From: Callorhinchus milii
Lineage: Eukaryota
DNA: 64,000 nt
NCBI RefSeq assembly: GCF_018977255.1
Contig: NW_024704742.1
Coordinates: forward strand, 34,846,001 to 34,910,000
Direction of reading: 5' to 3'
This document shows positions 47,236-61,372 of this stretch, in pieces (position 1 is the stretch's first letter; each line of letters starts with the position of its first letter). The position numbers were made by a program, and so were the translations under genes. The notes under the pieces were generated by a model. It saw nothing but the letters and a program-made list of their open reading frames with translations. It searched no databases and was not told where the DNA came from.

Positions 47236-49517
47236 CATCTCCCAGACAATTGCAGCATTAATTTAGGAAGCATTTGGTGTGTACCACACAGACTGTATTT
47301 GCAGCAACTTGCAACGTTATAAAGGTACACAGTCCATGCTTCCAGCGAATGAGCTGTACCTCTGTCTCAGTGAGATGAACTAACCTACTAACTGGAGAGT
47401 AGGATTGATCATTTTGATAAATGGCTCTTTTCTTGCTTGGTGACGCTTTAACATTTTGGTTTATAGACATGTATATTTGTATTAATTCCTAAACAGCACC
47501 CAGAAAGACACTTCAAACCAATATCCATTTTTGTCATTGACTATTATGAGCAGTATAATTATCGTGTGAAGATAATGCCTAATGCCAGGACTGAGCTTGT
47601 GTGAAATCCATTGAATCTGGAAGCAGACTGTATCATTAGCTTGTGTTTCATTTCACAAGAATCCGTATTGGTAGAAAGAGTGAATTAGCTGTTTCAGAAT
47701 TAATATTCAGTTCAAAGTCTGGGGATATCTTGTGGCAGTGTGGACCTGGAAGATGTAATTGTGTCCTTCAATCCTGGTTGAACTGTGTAAACACATGTAG
47801 TGTACACATAATGGGGTGTGGATCTCATTCATCATTGATTCATCTGACAGTTGCTTTATCACCTGGAAGCTCAGTCTCTGTTCCTTCTTCCCTTTTCCCC
47901 TCATGGTTGTACATGACTTATGATCAGATCTGTGTGACAGAAATCATGTTCCTGCTGGCTGATAATACAATACTACACTTAACGCAATTACTTCTGCTCA
48001 AGAATTCTCTGAGCTGTAATCAAATAATCCACTTACACCAATTGATGGAATTATTAGGAGGCAGATCTGACTAAACTGAGTAAGAAAGTTATAATGCACA
48101 TTATAATAATGTGAGAGCCAAGTGCAGTATTTCGTTGTAGATGAGGCTGGGTTAAACGCTGTTCTACTGTCAACACAATCAGTGCTCTTGCCAAGTTTGT
48201 AACTTGAAAAATGTCTTAAATGGGTGGTATGTTTGCTTAGGTTGGTGATGCTATGCAGCAGCAGAGATAAGAAAGAGGAAGAAGAAAGAAAGGTTATTCC
48301 CTGAAGAGGTTATTCTCTTTCATAGAAAATTAGTCGTCAGGAGAAACTACTTGGCCTTGACTGAGCACACGTGTATACCGAGTTTTGTGTCACCAGAGGT
48401 TTCCTTACTAATATCTACCTTACCTGGAGTAAACCTTCAGGTTGGTGGACTCTAGTAAGATAGATATCAGTTAGAACACCTCTGGTCCTGCTGTTGCAGT
48501 GAAGCTAAGTGCTTGTCCACATCTATCAGGTTCTTTGAGTAACTTGTTCCCAAACTTTCACCAGTGCTTATCTGAATCAATGTCTGGGTGGCTATTTTTC
48601 TCCTGCAGGAAGAGTTTACCACTGATTGTGATATGATGATAATAATAATAATAAGGATCCTTGCATTTGGCATTCTTAGGAACTGAGTTCAGGATTGGAT
48701 TCAGTTGCAGTGCTCCTGTGGTTGAATATCTAGCTGCACTCACTGACAAGAAGAGACTCATTCATGAATAATGGTTACTTGAAAGAGGGCTGGTTAAAGA
48801 TGAGCATGTGATAGTACTCTTAAATAGTAATTGAACAGTAAATGGTAAGTATAGGAATAGTCTGGCACAAAGTATGTGATTTCAAGATAGGACCTGAACT
48901 GGTGCAGCACAACCTTCTAACATTTCACTAGCATACATTTATGGTTCATATCAGAGTATTAGAATAGGAAGCTCCAGTGGGGGAGAGTTGGCAAAAATAC
49001 AGAGATAGTGAGTCAAAAAGCCCCTGACTTTGCTGCAAGCATTATACTGTGTGATTTTACATTGATATTATGGGTATATAATACTTTCACAGAATCAGCA
49101 CTCATTGTTTACATATTCTTTTGTTTTCTAAAGACTGTAGATTATTCTGTGTTTATCCAGTGGCAACTTGAAGTGCACCTTACATCTTTAGGAGGTGTTC
49201 TGCTGCAGGCTGGTGTATGATTGATATTAAGAAATACTATAAAATGGAAGGACTTTGACAGATCCAGCATGCGTTGAATGTTCGTTTAACTCCTTAATCT
49301 CTTTTCTGTTTGGGAGACTATTTATAGATTTGTGCATATAATTATTCTCTCATTTAATATTCTAAAAATATATAAAAATTACAAAGGGGAATATGAGGGT
49401 CAATTCCCCGACTGACAAATTTACAGGCAATCGGAATATTGCCACAAATAAGTGCATTTCATTGTCTACGTGGAAGGAATTGCCTAAACCTGGTACGTGC
49501 TCCACCTATATCACCTA

Positions 49518-50445
49518 TATGATACAAAGTTGGGTAGCGTAGTAAATAGTGAGGAAGACTGTAACCAACTGCAAGCAGACATACACAGAATGGTGGAATG
49601 GGCTGACATGTGGCAGATGGATTTCAATGTGGATAAGTGTGAGGTGATACACTTAGGTAGGAAGAATGATAGGAGGCAATATAGGCTTGGTGTATTGGGC
49701 CAATCTTAAGGGAGGTGAACGCACAGAGAGATCTGGGTGTTCAAGTAAGCGAATCATTAAAGGTAGCGGGGCAGGTAGATAAGACAATAAAAAAGGCATT
49801 TGGTGTACTGAGCTTTATTAGTAAGGGCATAGAGTATAAGAGTAGGGAGGTTATGGTTAATCTATACAAAACACTGGTTAGCCCTCAGCTGGAGTACTGC
49901 GTCCAGTTCTGGCTACCTTACTTCAGGAAGGACATTAAGGCACTGGAAAGGGTGCAGAGGAGATTCACGAGAATGACACCAGGAATGGGGAACCTTAGCT
50001 ATGAGGACAGGCTGGAGAAGTTAGGACTTTTCCCATTAGAGCAGAGCTTACGCGGGGACCTGATAGAGCTCTTCAAGATCATGAAAGGTTTCGACATGCT
50101 AGATAAGGAAAAGCTGTTACCGCTGGTAGGTGTGTCTGTGACCCGTGGTCACAGTCTTAAGATATCTACCAAAAGAAGCAGAGGGGAGGTTAGAAGAAAT
50201 GTTTTCGCTCAGCGAGTTGTTCGAATTTGGAATGATCTGCCTGAAAGGGTAGTGAAGTCCGATTCGATAACAGCTTTTAAGAGAGAACTGGATAGTTTTC
50301 TGGGGAAGATGGGTTTGCAGGGTTATGGGGAGAAAGCTGTTGATTGGGGTTAGTGAAAGTGACTTGCTCTGTCAAAGAGCCAGCACAGATTCGATGGGCC
50401 GAATGGCCTCCTTCTGTGCCGTAACATTCTATGAATCTATGAATC
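49518..50445 (+). mobile_element. 5'-truncated CR1 LINE (RT C-terminus plus 3'UTR)
   Basis: DTKLG..WQMDFNVDKCEVIHLG, RDLGV, LYKTLV.PQLEYCVQFW, LERVQRRFTRM, QRVVRIWNDLP; one frameshift near 49700; CR1 tail GATGGGCCGAATGGCCTCCTTCTG..TTCTATGAATCTATGA. Confidence 0.95.
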
Positions 50446-50561
50446 ACCTATTATCACTTATTTCAATCACCAGTGTTTTGCTAAACTATTGTCAGTAGAG
50501 AAGGGTTATTATTGGTGCAGTGCTTTTGTTATAATGTGGCGATATTCCTAGTTATTCCTAT

Positions 50562-50793
50562 TCTCTTTGACCGAGCCTTCAGCTCCCCTCTCGACTCTCT
50601 TCCCCCTCCTCGCTCCCTCCCTTCCCTTCCCTCACCCTGACCATTTCCCCCCTCCTCGCTCCCTCCTTTCCCTCCCCTCACCCTGACCATTTTCCCCCCC
50701 TGCTCGGGTCCTGACCCAACTGTGCAGCGCCTTGGGACGTCCTCCTGACGTGAAAGGCGCTTTATAAATGGAATCTTGTTGTTGTTGTTGTTG
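50562..50793 (+). mobile_element. Young L2 3' end with an internal ~45-bp tandem duplication
   Basis: Near-identical to the reverse complement of 32227-32412; (GTT)n tail. Confidence 0.9.
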
Positions 50794-51787
50794 TAGTTAT
50801 TGGCTTTAGTGCTGCTGAAAGAGCTGGAAGTTGGCACACAAGCTGAATGTGTGCAGTAATGTGCCCTGAGACCCGGCTACTTCAGCATGTGACTGTGAGT
50901 GGGATGGGTGAAATCTCAGTGAGGTGTAATGCGTTTACATCTTCCCGCAATCTATTGGTGTAAGTGGAATATATGAGGCCCATTCCCTGTACATCTTGTC
51001 ATTTATCTTGTTATCTCCCCTGGGAAGCTCGGCATGTTGAACACTGGACTTTGGAACACAAGATTCTGGGCTCTAATCCTTGTAGATTGAGTGAGGGCTT
51101 TATCCTTTCACAGTTGATAAATTGAGCAATGTATTTGGAAGAGAGTAAGTGCAGTCTCTCTGGGGATAAACTGACTGAGGAAATCTATCCAGCAGGTCCA
51201 CAGCAATCCAACGCGCTGCTGTTTTCTGGCTCCTCAATATAATATCCACGTGACGATTCCTTGGAGCTGATACTGTCTGAAGTTTGGAAAGTTTCTGTCC
51301 TCTCTCATGTTTGTGGAGTTGAGGTCATTTACTTATATTGGAGGGTTCTTTGCTGCCCACATACATTCCCCAATTATTGAGATGCCAGAACTACTGTGCT
51401 GTTTGGAGAGGCAATATCAAAAAGAGGTTCAAGTTGTGAATGAAAACAATCATGTTTAAGGAGCTCAATCCTCCCACTGCTGATGGTTAATATCTGAGTA
51501 TTATATAAGTTGGAGAATGATGCAGTGGGAGACATTTCTTTAGCATTGAGCTGAAAGTTTGAATGGTATCTCTGTGCCCAGTTATTAATGATTGTGACTC
51601 AGTTTTGACAATGGAAAGAGTAGGCTTCTTGCATTTGCTAATGACTATTTTAGTTATTGCAGTTTATTGCAGTTCAGCTACAACTACCTCAGCTCACAAC
51701 TTTTCAATCTTTAAATCCCATTGTCTCGCTTCAGAATGCTGGTAGCCTTCTCACAACATAAAAAAACGTCATCAGGTCACCACCACC

Positions 51788-52123
51788 AATAATAATAATC
51801 CTTCCATTTGATATAGCACCTTATCACACCTTCGAGATGTCTCAAAGTGAATTGACTATATATTTTGTGGGTGAAATGCAGCAGCCAATTGCACACAGCA
51901 AATTGAGTTGTGAATTGAGTGCCCAAATTATTATTTTTTTTAAAGGATTATTACCCCCAGAAAAGTGATCCGCCAATCGACAACAATCGAGTTCCTACTT
52001 GCTGCTAAGTAAATAGAGGCGGGTGGAGTAAGGAAACTTGCTCAATGTTTTGTCCTGCCCGGGAATGGATCCCAGGTCCTCTTGCTTGCGAGGCGAATTC
52101 TCTAACCACTAAACTACAGGACA
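51788..52123 (-). mobile_element. tRNA-headed Deu-type SINE (short type)
   Basis: Reverse complement of the 44588/55412 family. Confidence 0.85.
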
Positions 52124-54139
52124 CTGCCAGTGTCACTTTGAGCATGCTGCACATACACAGGAAGTGATTTGAATGTCAACCTGCTGCCCGAGTTAGTGTG
52201 GGGAAGACAGACGGCTTGCTGTGTGCATGCACAGTGAATGCGGAAACATTAGCCTGTGATTGTGCCCCGTTATAAGGCAGGTTGGGATCGTAGAATTATT
52301 CCACTCACTTAAGCTACCCAGCTTAAAGGGCACTGTATAATTACAAGTTATGATTGTTGTCTGACTTTGTTGTGTTGAGTTTTTCGATTGTCCAAAATAC
52401 ATCCAGACTTTCACCTGGGGTTCAATGAGTGAATTCCCCCACCCACCAAATTTCCAGCCTATTTTTAACACCAAAAATTGACTCTGAATTATGTCCATTT
52501 TAAAATTTTTGACTAAAAAAACTGCATTAATGGTCCTTGTGCCTAGTAGACCCTAGTGTGTAGTTTGATTATGCCTTATCAATTTTGCAAAACATCTTAT
52601 GAAGCAAAGCTGCTCTTGCAAACAAGCTCCAGGCTCCAAACGGTTTCTATGCAAAACCTAGTTAATTTCTTCAATACATACCATAACAAAATTAATAGAC
52701 ACTATGTTAAGCTGAAATACAAACTCCAGCATCTAAAAATCAATTGAAAAGTGGAGTTGTAAAATCCCCAAAGAATGGCGTGACCAACGAATGCCTTAAA
52801 TGTAGTTACTGGTTGTAATAATAATTAATACTCCTTGTATTTGATATAGTGTCAATCGTGTTGGAATTATTATGAAAATAATTCAGAAAAAGGAATAATA
52901 CCAGTTCAAAGAATTAAATAAAGGCAAAATATTTACCTGGATTTTTCAAATTTATGAAAATAATTTTCCTTGTGTCATGTTAGATATTACAGCAGGTCTA
53001 TCATTCAATTTGTGCAGCATATGTTCCTGTGCAGTAAAATACAAGGATGTGAATTGTTAATTGTAACCAATCAAACTCACCCAAAAGCAAATGCTTTGCT
53101 TCTTAACTAGGTGATAATTGCAGTGTCTGTCTCTGGTAGGCAGTTCGTCTGGTGCATGGCTGATAGCTGGCACGCATCAATGCAAATGATTTAAAATAGG
53201 AATCTAAGCCATGTAAGTTTATACAAGGCTATATCTCAATGAATGGGGCATTTTCAGCTTGATTTAGTCAGTACTTGAACTGTGATGGCTAGCATCCGTT
53301 TTGAACAGTCTCATTGTTGTCCAGCATTTTGTAGCTGCAGCAAAAGTCAACCGGATTATGGCGTATCAGAGAGCCTCTCTTTCCCTGGGAGCCAGTGCTG
53401 GCAGAAACTGAGAATCATCAAAGTTATTTTCTAATTCAGCATTAAAACTCGTGCAACAAATCTGACCCCTAAGGTATGCAGCTTTTAAGTGAGCCCAGAA
53501 GAGATAGTTATAGACTGCTATGTAAGTGACTCTCAATTGAAGACTGAATCAGGTTTGTCTGTGATATCCTCCTCTCTCTACTGCCCCTGAACCACCTCCA
53601 TCCCCCACAGTTAAATAGCCTGACACAGTCACTGTCCAGGCTCACACATGAAGAAACAGCAGCTTGGACGAGGTGCTGGAGGGCAATCGGCATCTGTGGA
53701 ACTGTATCGCAATATGAGTCAGTGCCTCAGGGAGGAAAATAGAAAGGAAAGAAGTAATGAAAGGTTAGCGCTGAAGTGTCAGGACATTGTTGTTTCTGTG
53801 TTGATTGACAAGCTTGGGAGGGAGGCCAGAAAAACAATTTTTGATCAAATTTTAGTTATTATTGCTTAACCTCCAGCACCATGCCATACCACCTCGATAG
53901 CACACACTCCTAACCATCACTGGGCTTTCATAAAGTTAATATAACTTTCTGGTCCTGTCGCATTACAGTTTCGGTCACAGAATATACGGTCTATTCACTT
54001 TACAGTATATTCTGTGAAGCGCTTTGAGACAGCTCAACAACATGATAAGGTGCCATATCAAATGCAAGGATTATTATGATTTTAGTTTGTGATAATTTGG
54101 AGGCATCTTATTTCTACGTGGTCTCTTACGGAGAGTTTC

Positions 54140-54387
54140 ACAGCCTCCTCCTCGTCCCCCGAGTCTTCCGCTCCACCCTTGGCGGCCGTGCCTTCAACCA
54201 CTATACCCCCAGGCTCTGGAACTGCCTTCCTCACTCCCTTCGTCTCGCTCCCTCTCTTCCTATTTTCAGGTCTCTACTGAAGACCTTTCTTTTCGACTGC
54301 GCCTTTGGTCACCTTCCTCCCCCTCCCACTATTGTGAGACGCCGTCCGGCGTGGAGGGCGCAATATAAATCCAAGTTGTTGTTGTTG
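54140..54387 (+). mobile_element. L2 3' fragment (second subfamily)
   Basis: GGRAFNHYTPRLWNCLPHSLR..LKTFLFD; tail ATAAATCCAAGTTGTTGTTG. Confidence 0.85.
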
Positions 54388-55411
54388 ACTTGCTGTAGGT
54401 TAGAGGGTACAGTTCTGCACAAGATGTGGAAAGATTCTGCTGTTTATTTCAGTATTTTGCATTAATATCACGGAATGCATCTGCTTGCAAAATATAGTCC
54501 TGATCCTTTGCAGGAATTAGGCACCCAGTTACAGTGTGCACCGATCGGCAAGAATGCTGCTAATTCCTCTGACTTTACCCGAGGAGTCGCTGAGATTTTT
54601 GGTCTTGCCTGAAGTTCAGCTCATTAGAGAAAGGTCGCAGATTTCAACCTTTTCTCTATTTACTCAATTTGGGCTACACATTCCTGTGTTTGTTCATTTT
54701 AGTGAAGATGTGGACGTGGGGTGGAATATCAGCAGGTCAGGCTGATGGACGAACCATCATGTTTAGTGGTATTCTAAGCACTCTAGAATAAAAACTGTTA
54801 AAGAAGAGAGAGAAACACCAATTGAGCTTGTTAGGTGGGGCCTTTCCAAAAGTCAATTAGGAGGAATTTGTGCAGTGATTGTTGTGACTGAGGCATGCCA
54901 CATGGTCCATGTCCCCATAGGATGTCACGGCTGGTACCTCAAATGTTTCCAGGGATCCTCACCCAGGAATAGCTGGTAAGCAGCTGGCTTCGATGCATTG
55001 AAGCACTGTGTTACCAGAAATCCCACAAGATACACAATACAGCAGAAAAACACAGCAAACCAGCCTCTGCAGGTAGAGAAGCAATTTCAGAGGCTTCCAT
55101 TGCCTTGCTTTCCTAGTCAACTGTGCAATTGGAAATTACTGTATTTTGTCATAAAAATCCTAAGATATTTGTTTAGTTTCCTCCTCTCCCCCCCCCCCTC
55201 CCCCAATCCACCCCATCCTTCCCTCTTCTTTTGAAAGTGTTGATTCTTGCTGAGTATGGATAGGTGACTATTACACTTTGCGGGACTGGACAAGAATATT
55301 GACCCACAGTCAGATAACAATGATGGTTAGCAAGCAATTCGATGTTTGTTTATGTGTGTGTGTGTGTGTGGGGGGGGGGGTGCTGATTCTATCTTTATCT
55401 ATTGTATATTG

Positions 55412-55727
55412 TGGAGTCCTGTAGCTCAGTGGTTAGAGCACTCGCTTTGCAAGTGAGAGACCTGAGTTCAATTCCAGGCAGGGCGAAACCTTGGGCAAGT
55501 TTCCTTACTCCACACACCTAATAATAATCCCTCAAAACCAAAAACAATAATAAATTTGTCATTTTCAATCTACAACTGTTTGTGGGACATTGCTGTGCCC
55601 AATTAGCTGTCGCGTTCGCCCACAAATATACAGTCAATTCACTTTACAGTATATTCTGTGAAGCGCTTTGGGACGTCTAGAAGACGTGAAAAGCGCTATA
55701 TCAAATGCAAGGATTATTATTATTATT
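55412..55727 (+). mobile_element. Full-length tRNA(Ala-like)-headed Deu-type SINE
   Basis: TGGAGTCCTGTAGCTCAGTGGTTAGAGCACTCGCTTTGCAAG..; core GGGACATTGCTGTGC..GCGTTCGCCCAC; tail GGGACGTCTAGAAGACGTGAAAAGCGCTATATCAAATGCAAGG(ATT)n. Confidence 0.93.
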
Positions 55728-57004
55728 GTATGGAGTCATCACTGGCTAATGGCCAGGAGTGGGAACGGTAACTGATTTCTTCCTTCTCCCCCTTTCGAAA
55801 CCCAAAGCACTCGTGCCACTTGTAACACCTCTCCTGCTGCCCCGCTAAGGTCGGCTAACTTAGCACAAGATTAGTATACAACAGTTCAGTATGGCTCAGT
55901 GGGCATTGGCTGTACCCACTGAACAATCAGTGGAATACAAGCTGTGCTAATCTAATTGTAATGAAAGGGCCATCTGTCTTCGGATTCCTGGAACTACGTA
56001 CAGTGCACCAATGATAGAAATGCAATGTGGAGCATTATTTTGCTACGGCAGGTCGTAGCAAATGTTTGCAGAGAAACAATCGTTAAATAGACATTACAAT
56101 AATTCTTATGTGTCTGTCAATGTAGTTTGCAGCTGATTCTGTGCTTTTTGCTTGAAATTGGTGTTTGGATTTAAGTCTTCTGTTTAAAAATCTAGTAAAG
56201 TCTAGCCAGCACAATATATATTGGCATTGTAGAAATAGTTTCCGTTACAATATTTTGTGAAAGTGCTACTTTCAGTGGCAGTGCAATGATATGTGGAAGT
56301 GACATATGAGCCCACCTGTAATTGCTGTCATTTTTCATAAGAATACAAAGACTTGATTCTTGGTTAAAGGGGAGAGTTAGTCCTGTCATTCAGACTAGCT
56401 ACGTACATATAGATCATATGATCCTGGCGTCCGAGTTTGGCACGAGTTGTCATTGCAACACTACGAAAGTGTAGGATGCAATTTTGCTTTGATCTTTATA
56501 TGATCGATTGCCCTCCAAAAACAAAGTGATAAAATCACTGGCATTTCCATTTAACTACTTTTTGTTTTTACAAGTGCAACCTTCAGTGCAAAACTGATTG
56601 GAAGTTTCCATGGCCAAGCCAGTAGATGATTGCTCAGAGTGGAGCAGGTTTATTAACACAATCCAGTTAATCTGTAACACACGGACAAGTGACCCTCACT
56701 GCACTTAAAAAGAAGGCTGCAGAGCTATCAGATTTTAATCGGGATCCATGGAAAAGTTTCCTTGTAGGGCTGCTGCTCACATATTGCAGCCTTCAGCACA
56801 TGATCTTGTTGTAAGATAAACCAGGCTGCATTGCTCCTGCATAGCCAGAATTTCACTTTTAGAGATGAGTTTTCTCTGTGCCTCTCAATATATCTACGTG
56901 TGTTGAATTCTGAGAGCCGGTGATGTAGGTTGAAATGGTTATGAAATATTACTGTGGCAATATAAATGTGGGCATTAATTATCTGTTAGATTGTAGGAGA
57001 CTTT

Positions 57005-57400
57005 GACTTCTAAACCGACACTCCAATGCAGTGCTAGGGGTGTGTTGCATCGGCTGGGAGAGCAATCACCCCAAAATAACATTGATCTTGACTTCATGGC
57101 TGTTTGCGGTGCTGTGTTTGTAATTTCGTACGAATTTCGTAGCCGAATGCAGCAGCAATTTGCACACAGCACAAACATTCCACAAACAGCCAACAATCCT
57201 CCAATTTTATCTGGGGGATTTTTGGCCAGGACAAACTCCCGGGATAAACTTCCTTCTCTTTTTGAATAGTTCTATGGGATCTTTAAGATCCACCTGAAAA
57301 GTTAGACAGGACATCGGTTTAATGTCTTATCCGAAGAAGGCACCTCCGACAATGCAGTGCACACCCAGCACTGCAATAACATGTTATCTTAGACTATGTG
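57005..57400. mobile_element. Two oppositely oriented Deu-type SINE fragments fused tail-to-tail
   Basis: Plus fragment ~57005-57125 and minus fragment ~57145-57400. Confidence 0.6.
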
Positions 57401-60400
57401 AATTTAAAATCCCAAAAGGGTTGGGGGGCATTGTTTAACTTAAGCCACATCGAAAAGATTTATGTTGAAAAAAATAGCACCTACATAGCAGCCAATGAAA
57501 GCCATAAGTAATGTGGAACTTAGTAGCTTGATTTGGAGACTCTAAAGCATTGTAATGACTTTCCATGTATATCAGACACCCAGCTAACTAAAAATAAACT
57601 TACTTGTTACTGTTGGCTGAGATTTTGGAACAGGCTCTGGAAAGATGGAACTGTATACTATTGTGGCAACTCATGCACTTAAAGCTCTCTTCTCTCCCAT
57701 ATTCCATTAGCTGAGTCATGCAATTTCCAATAGTATATGCTCATTGTGCTCAATGTTGTTGTGATAACTCTGTGGACTCCAAAGAACGGTCCTTTAGCTG
57801 TTTTGTGCTCTACAGTATTTCTGTTCCTGCAACTGTCTTCCTGCTTAGTGCAGCCTTTATTTAGCCTAAAGGATTGTTACCAGCTCAGAGAGAGCAGTGG
57901 GGATTAACATATTTGATACTCAAACTGAACCTACGTTTAGCAATCGATCAAATACAGTTAGTGTAAAATATTTTATTTAATGTTTAGCCAAGAAACATGA
58001 CTAAAATAACGTAGTCATTCCATTGTAGGAGATGCATCAGATAAATTCATAAATGTTCATATATTCTTAGCTGAAATTCAAAGAAAGAAGGTACACATAC
58101 AGACAGAAGAACAGGAAGACATCAATCAGTTAGTGTAATTTTGCAAACTGGGTGGGAAAGAACAGGAGATCACATATGGTTGCAGGCATACCTGATAATC
58201 TCTGATCTTGTCCCAATTATTTTATAAAGTACTTTGCTCAATCAACTAAACTCAGAGCACCAAAGTTGGTCGATTTACTGACCGTGGCAAATTGGACATG
58301 GTTTGCCTCTCAAACTCTGTGTAAATTGGCTGTAACGTTCGCCTACAAAAATACAGATAGAACACTGTACAGTAAATCCTGTGAAGCATTTTAAGATGTT
58401 CTCCCAAGATGAAAGGCACTATATCAAATATAAGGTTTATTATTATTATAACTTTATTAATGTTGTAAAAATAAACCCATAGATGATCCAAGTTTGTGGA
58501 AGAAGGAAACAATTTCACTTTGAAAGTTACCTTTAAGTGACTAGAATTCTATAATTGCAATGAACTCTAGATGATATAACACATCAGTCATAACTATCAA
58601 GTGGTAACTGTGTAACTCACAAGCCACCTCAGTTACTCCAATTAGTGGAACTGTTGCTTCAAATATAATTCAAATTCACTACAAGACTGCAAATAAGTGG
58701 ATTCAGTACATTTCACCCAAGGAAAAGAAAAACTCTTGGGATGTAAAATTCATGGAGTTTAAATGTGTTACTCAAAGCCAAAAAAAAGATTTATGGGCTA
58801 ATTTGCGACAGAATTGTGAGTCTCTAGGGGCCTTGCATGCCGCGCATACTGTACTTTGAAAATTAGTTGCAAAGTTTCAAACACCTCTTCAGTAATTAAT
58901 CCATAAAGATTACATAAAATTACAATACAAATTTCTTTTTTGTAGCGCCTTTCATGCCGGGAGGACGCGTCAAAGTATTTTATACTGCTAACTGGGCATC
59001 TGACCTTGGAGGAGGGGAGGTGACCAAAAAGCTAGGTCTTAAGGTCGGGTTTTAAAAGTGGGAAGGGAGAGGGTAATGGCCAACTAATAATCCTTGCATT
59101 TGATAAGAGCCTTATCACATTGTTGAGACAACTCAAAGCGCTTCACAGGATATACAATGTGATGTTGAAGACCATCAGTTACATGAAGTATCACTGCAGC
59201 TCTCTTTATTTAAGTCTCAGAAAATAGTTTTCCTTAGTTTTTATGAAAATAACATATCTAGGATTTGGGAAATGGAGATGCGGGGATCTACTTTGCAAAG
59301 CTTCTTTATTACTCTGCTCCAACACAATCACTCCAAACCAGTCTGCTTTTGTATTGTTACTGTCTGGCCAAAGTAAGTTAATATCAGAACAAGTACTGGG
59401 GCTGATTTAATTGACCTGTAAAAGGGGCATTGTCAAGAAGTTAAAACCATCCTGGATGACTGTCTCCTAGAATTCAGTCATGTTGGATGGAGACTGCATA
59501 CAAAGATGTAGTTTCATTTATTGAGTGTATTTTAAATTCAAAATCCAAAATCCACTTTGAGAATAAATCAGTCAAGCAGAAAGACATATTGCTTACTCTG
59601 CTTGTGTGATCCTGTGTTTGCCTACAATTACAGATTCATTACACAACCTATAAGTACAGACTCATTACTCTACCTGAGTGATCCAGGACCTTACCCTCTG
59701 TGAAGGGCACTAAATGAACACAGGTTGTTGTTGTTGATGGTGATCTCTATTAGTTAATGTTAAATTGCACAATTTCAATGAGAAATTAAATAGATTCCAA
59801 AATGCCTTTCATATTTGATCAGATGATAATTTCCTCTTTAAATAAAGATAATTCTATGAATTAAGACTAATTCTGTGAGAATTGTTCTGATCTTTTTGTC
59901 TTAAATTGTGTTATGATTACAGTGGAGAAGACTTGGAAGAGGATTATGTGGCTTGAAGGCACAAATAGCCACTAGATTTCTTTTCTGACATTAGGCAGTG
60001 ACAAAAAGAACTTCTGCCTAATGATATAATACACAATCTAGGTGTAAGAACAGAACCTGCAGTGATTTATCTAGATTCCTTAACATAATGATGAACTTGA
60101 ATACTGCTTTATTGACAGGGTTCAAACAAATTCAAGAGCTACAGCTCTAAAAAAAAACCTGAGCTCTTCACCTCCTGTAGGGAGTAATCATTGCAGCGTT
60201 CATTAGTATAAATATTAGTTTTCATTTATTCAATTGAGCTGTTTGGTTTGAATAACAATACTGAATTGGAGGAGTGCATTGTCAGCTTTTCCAGTGCAGA
60301 GCTGAACAGTGGGAGGCTTTGGACTGTTTGCTCAGCTCCTTAAAAACACAGCTTTGAAATATGAATCCAAGTCCATTAATGTAGAGAGGTTTACCTCAGC

Positions 60401-60804
60401 AGCCAGGAACTTTTACAACAATTCACTTCCAGTTCCTCAGCTAAGAATTGGCAAAACTCTAAGTCGGGCTGATTGAAGTGGTGAGAAACCCTGCTTTAGA
60501 AGGTAGACATTTTATCTCTTAACATTCACTGTCAAGGTTTAGACATAATGAATGGCCAGATGGATAACGTACTGCAGACTGACACCATATACAGAACAGA
60601 ACTCCAGAAAGAGTCGATGCCTCTAAGAGGAGAGGAGATTCAAGAGAGTGGGGAAAGGCAAGGACCTCACTGAAATGCCTGAAGTGCAGGATGTGTGGTA
60701 AATGTGGACAAATTGGCTGCGAGTTACTACAAGCTTCCCAAAGAAATTCAGTCATATTTTGGTAATATGCTCTTTTCCAACAAACCTCTGTCATCTATGC
60801 AGCA

Positions 60805-61372
60805 ATATAGAAATCTGCAGCACAGAAGGAGGCTATTTGCCCCCAACGAGTCTGCACCAGCTCACAGAGCAAGATCAATGAGTCCCACTGCCTCTCCTTA
60901 CCCCATACCTCATCAAATCTCTTTCATATGCCTGTCTACCAATCTACTCGTAGGGCATTCCACCTCCCAATTACTGTCTGGGTGAAAAAATTCCTCCTAA
61001 GTTCCCCTTTCGCTCTTCTTATGGTTATCTTATAACTAGTAACTTCTCCCTATTTACCGTAACAAAACCCCTCAGAATTTTGTACACGGCTATCAGGTCT
61101 CCCCTCAACCTTTTCTGCTCCAATGAAAACAAATCCAGCCTCTCCAATCTCTCCTCATAACCGTAGCCTTTTATCCCCGGATCATTCTCATATACCTCCT
61201 CTGCACCCCGTTTCCATGGCCTTAACATCTTTCCTGAAATGAGGTGCTTAGATCTGAACTCAGTACTCCAGCTGTGGCCTAACCAATGATTTATTCAAAC
61301 TTAGCATTACTACTTTATGTTTGTGCTCTGTGCCCCTTTGTACAAAACCCAGCAAACTATTAGCTTTCTTTG
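60805..61372 (-). mobile_element. CR1 LINE 3' fragment
   Basis: Minus ORFs ..KSLVRPQLEY and YEERLERLDLFSLEQKRLRGDLIAVYKIL. Confidence 0.88.

Noticed and set aside
49715..50353. 212-aa ORF
   Set aside because: It is the C-terminus of CR1 ORF2, 5'-truncated and frameshifted.
55412..55485. tRNA-Ala(TGC) gene (also at 39030-39103 and 41871-41940)
   Set aside because: The tRNA-like sequence is the head of a SINE. It continues into the SINE body and lacks a proper acceptor stem and terminator.
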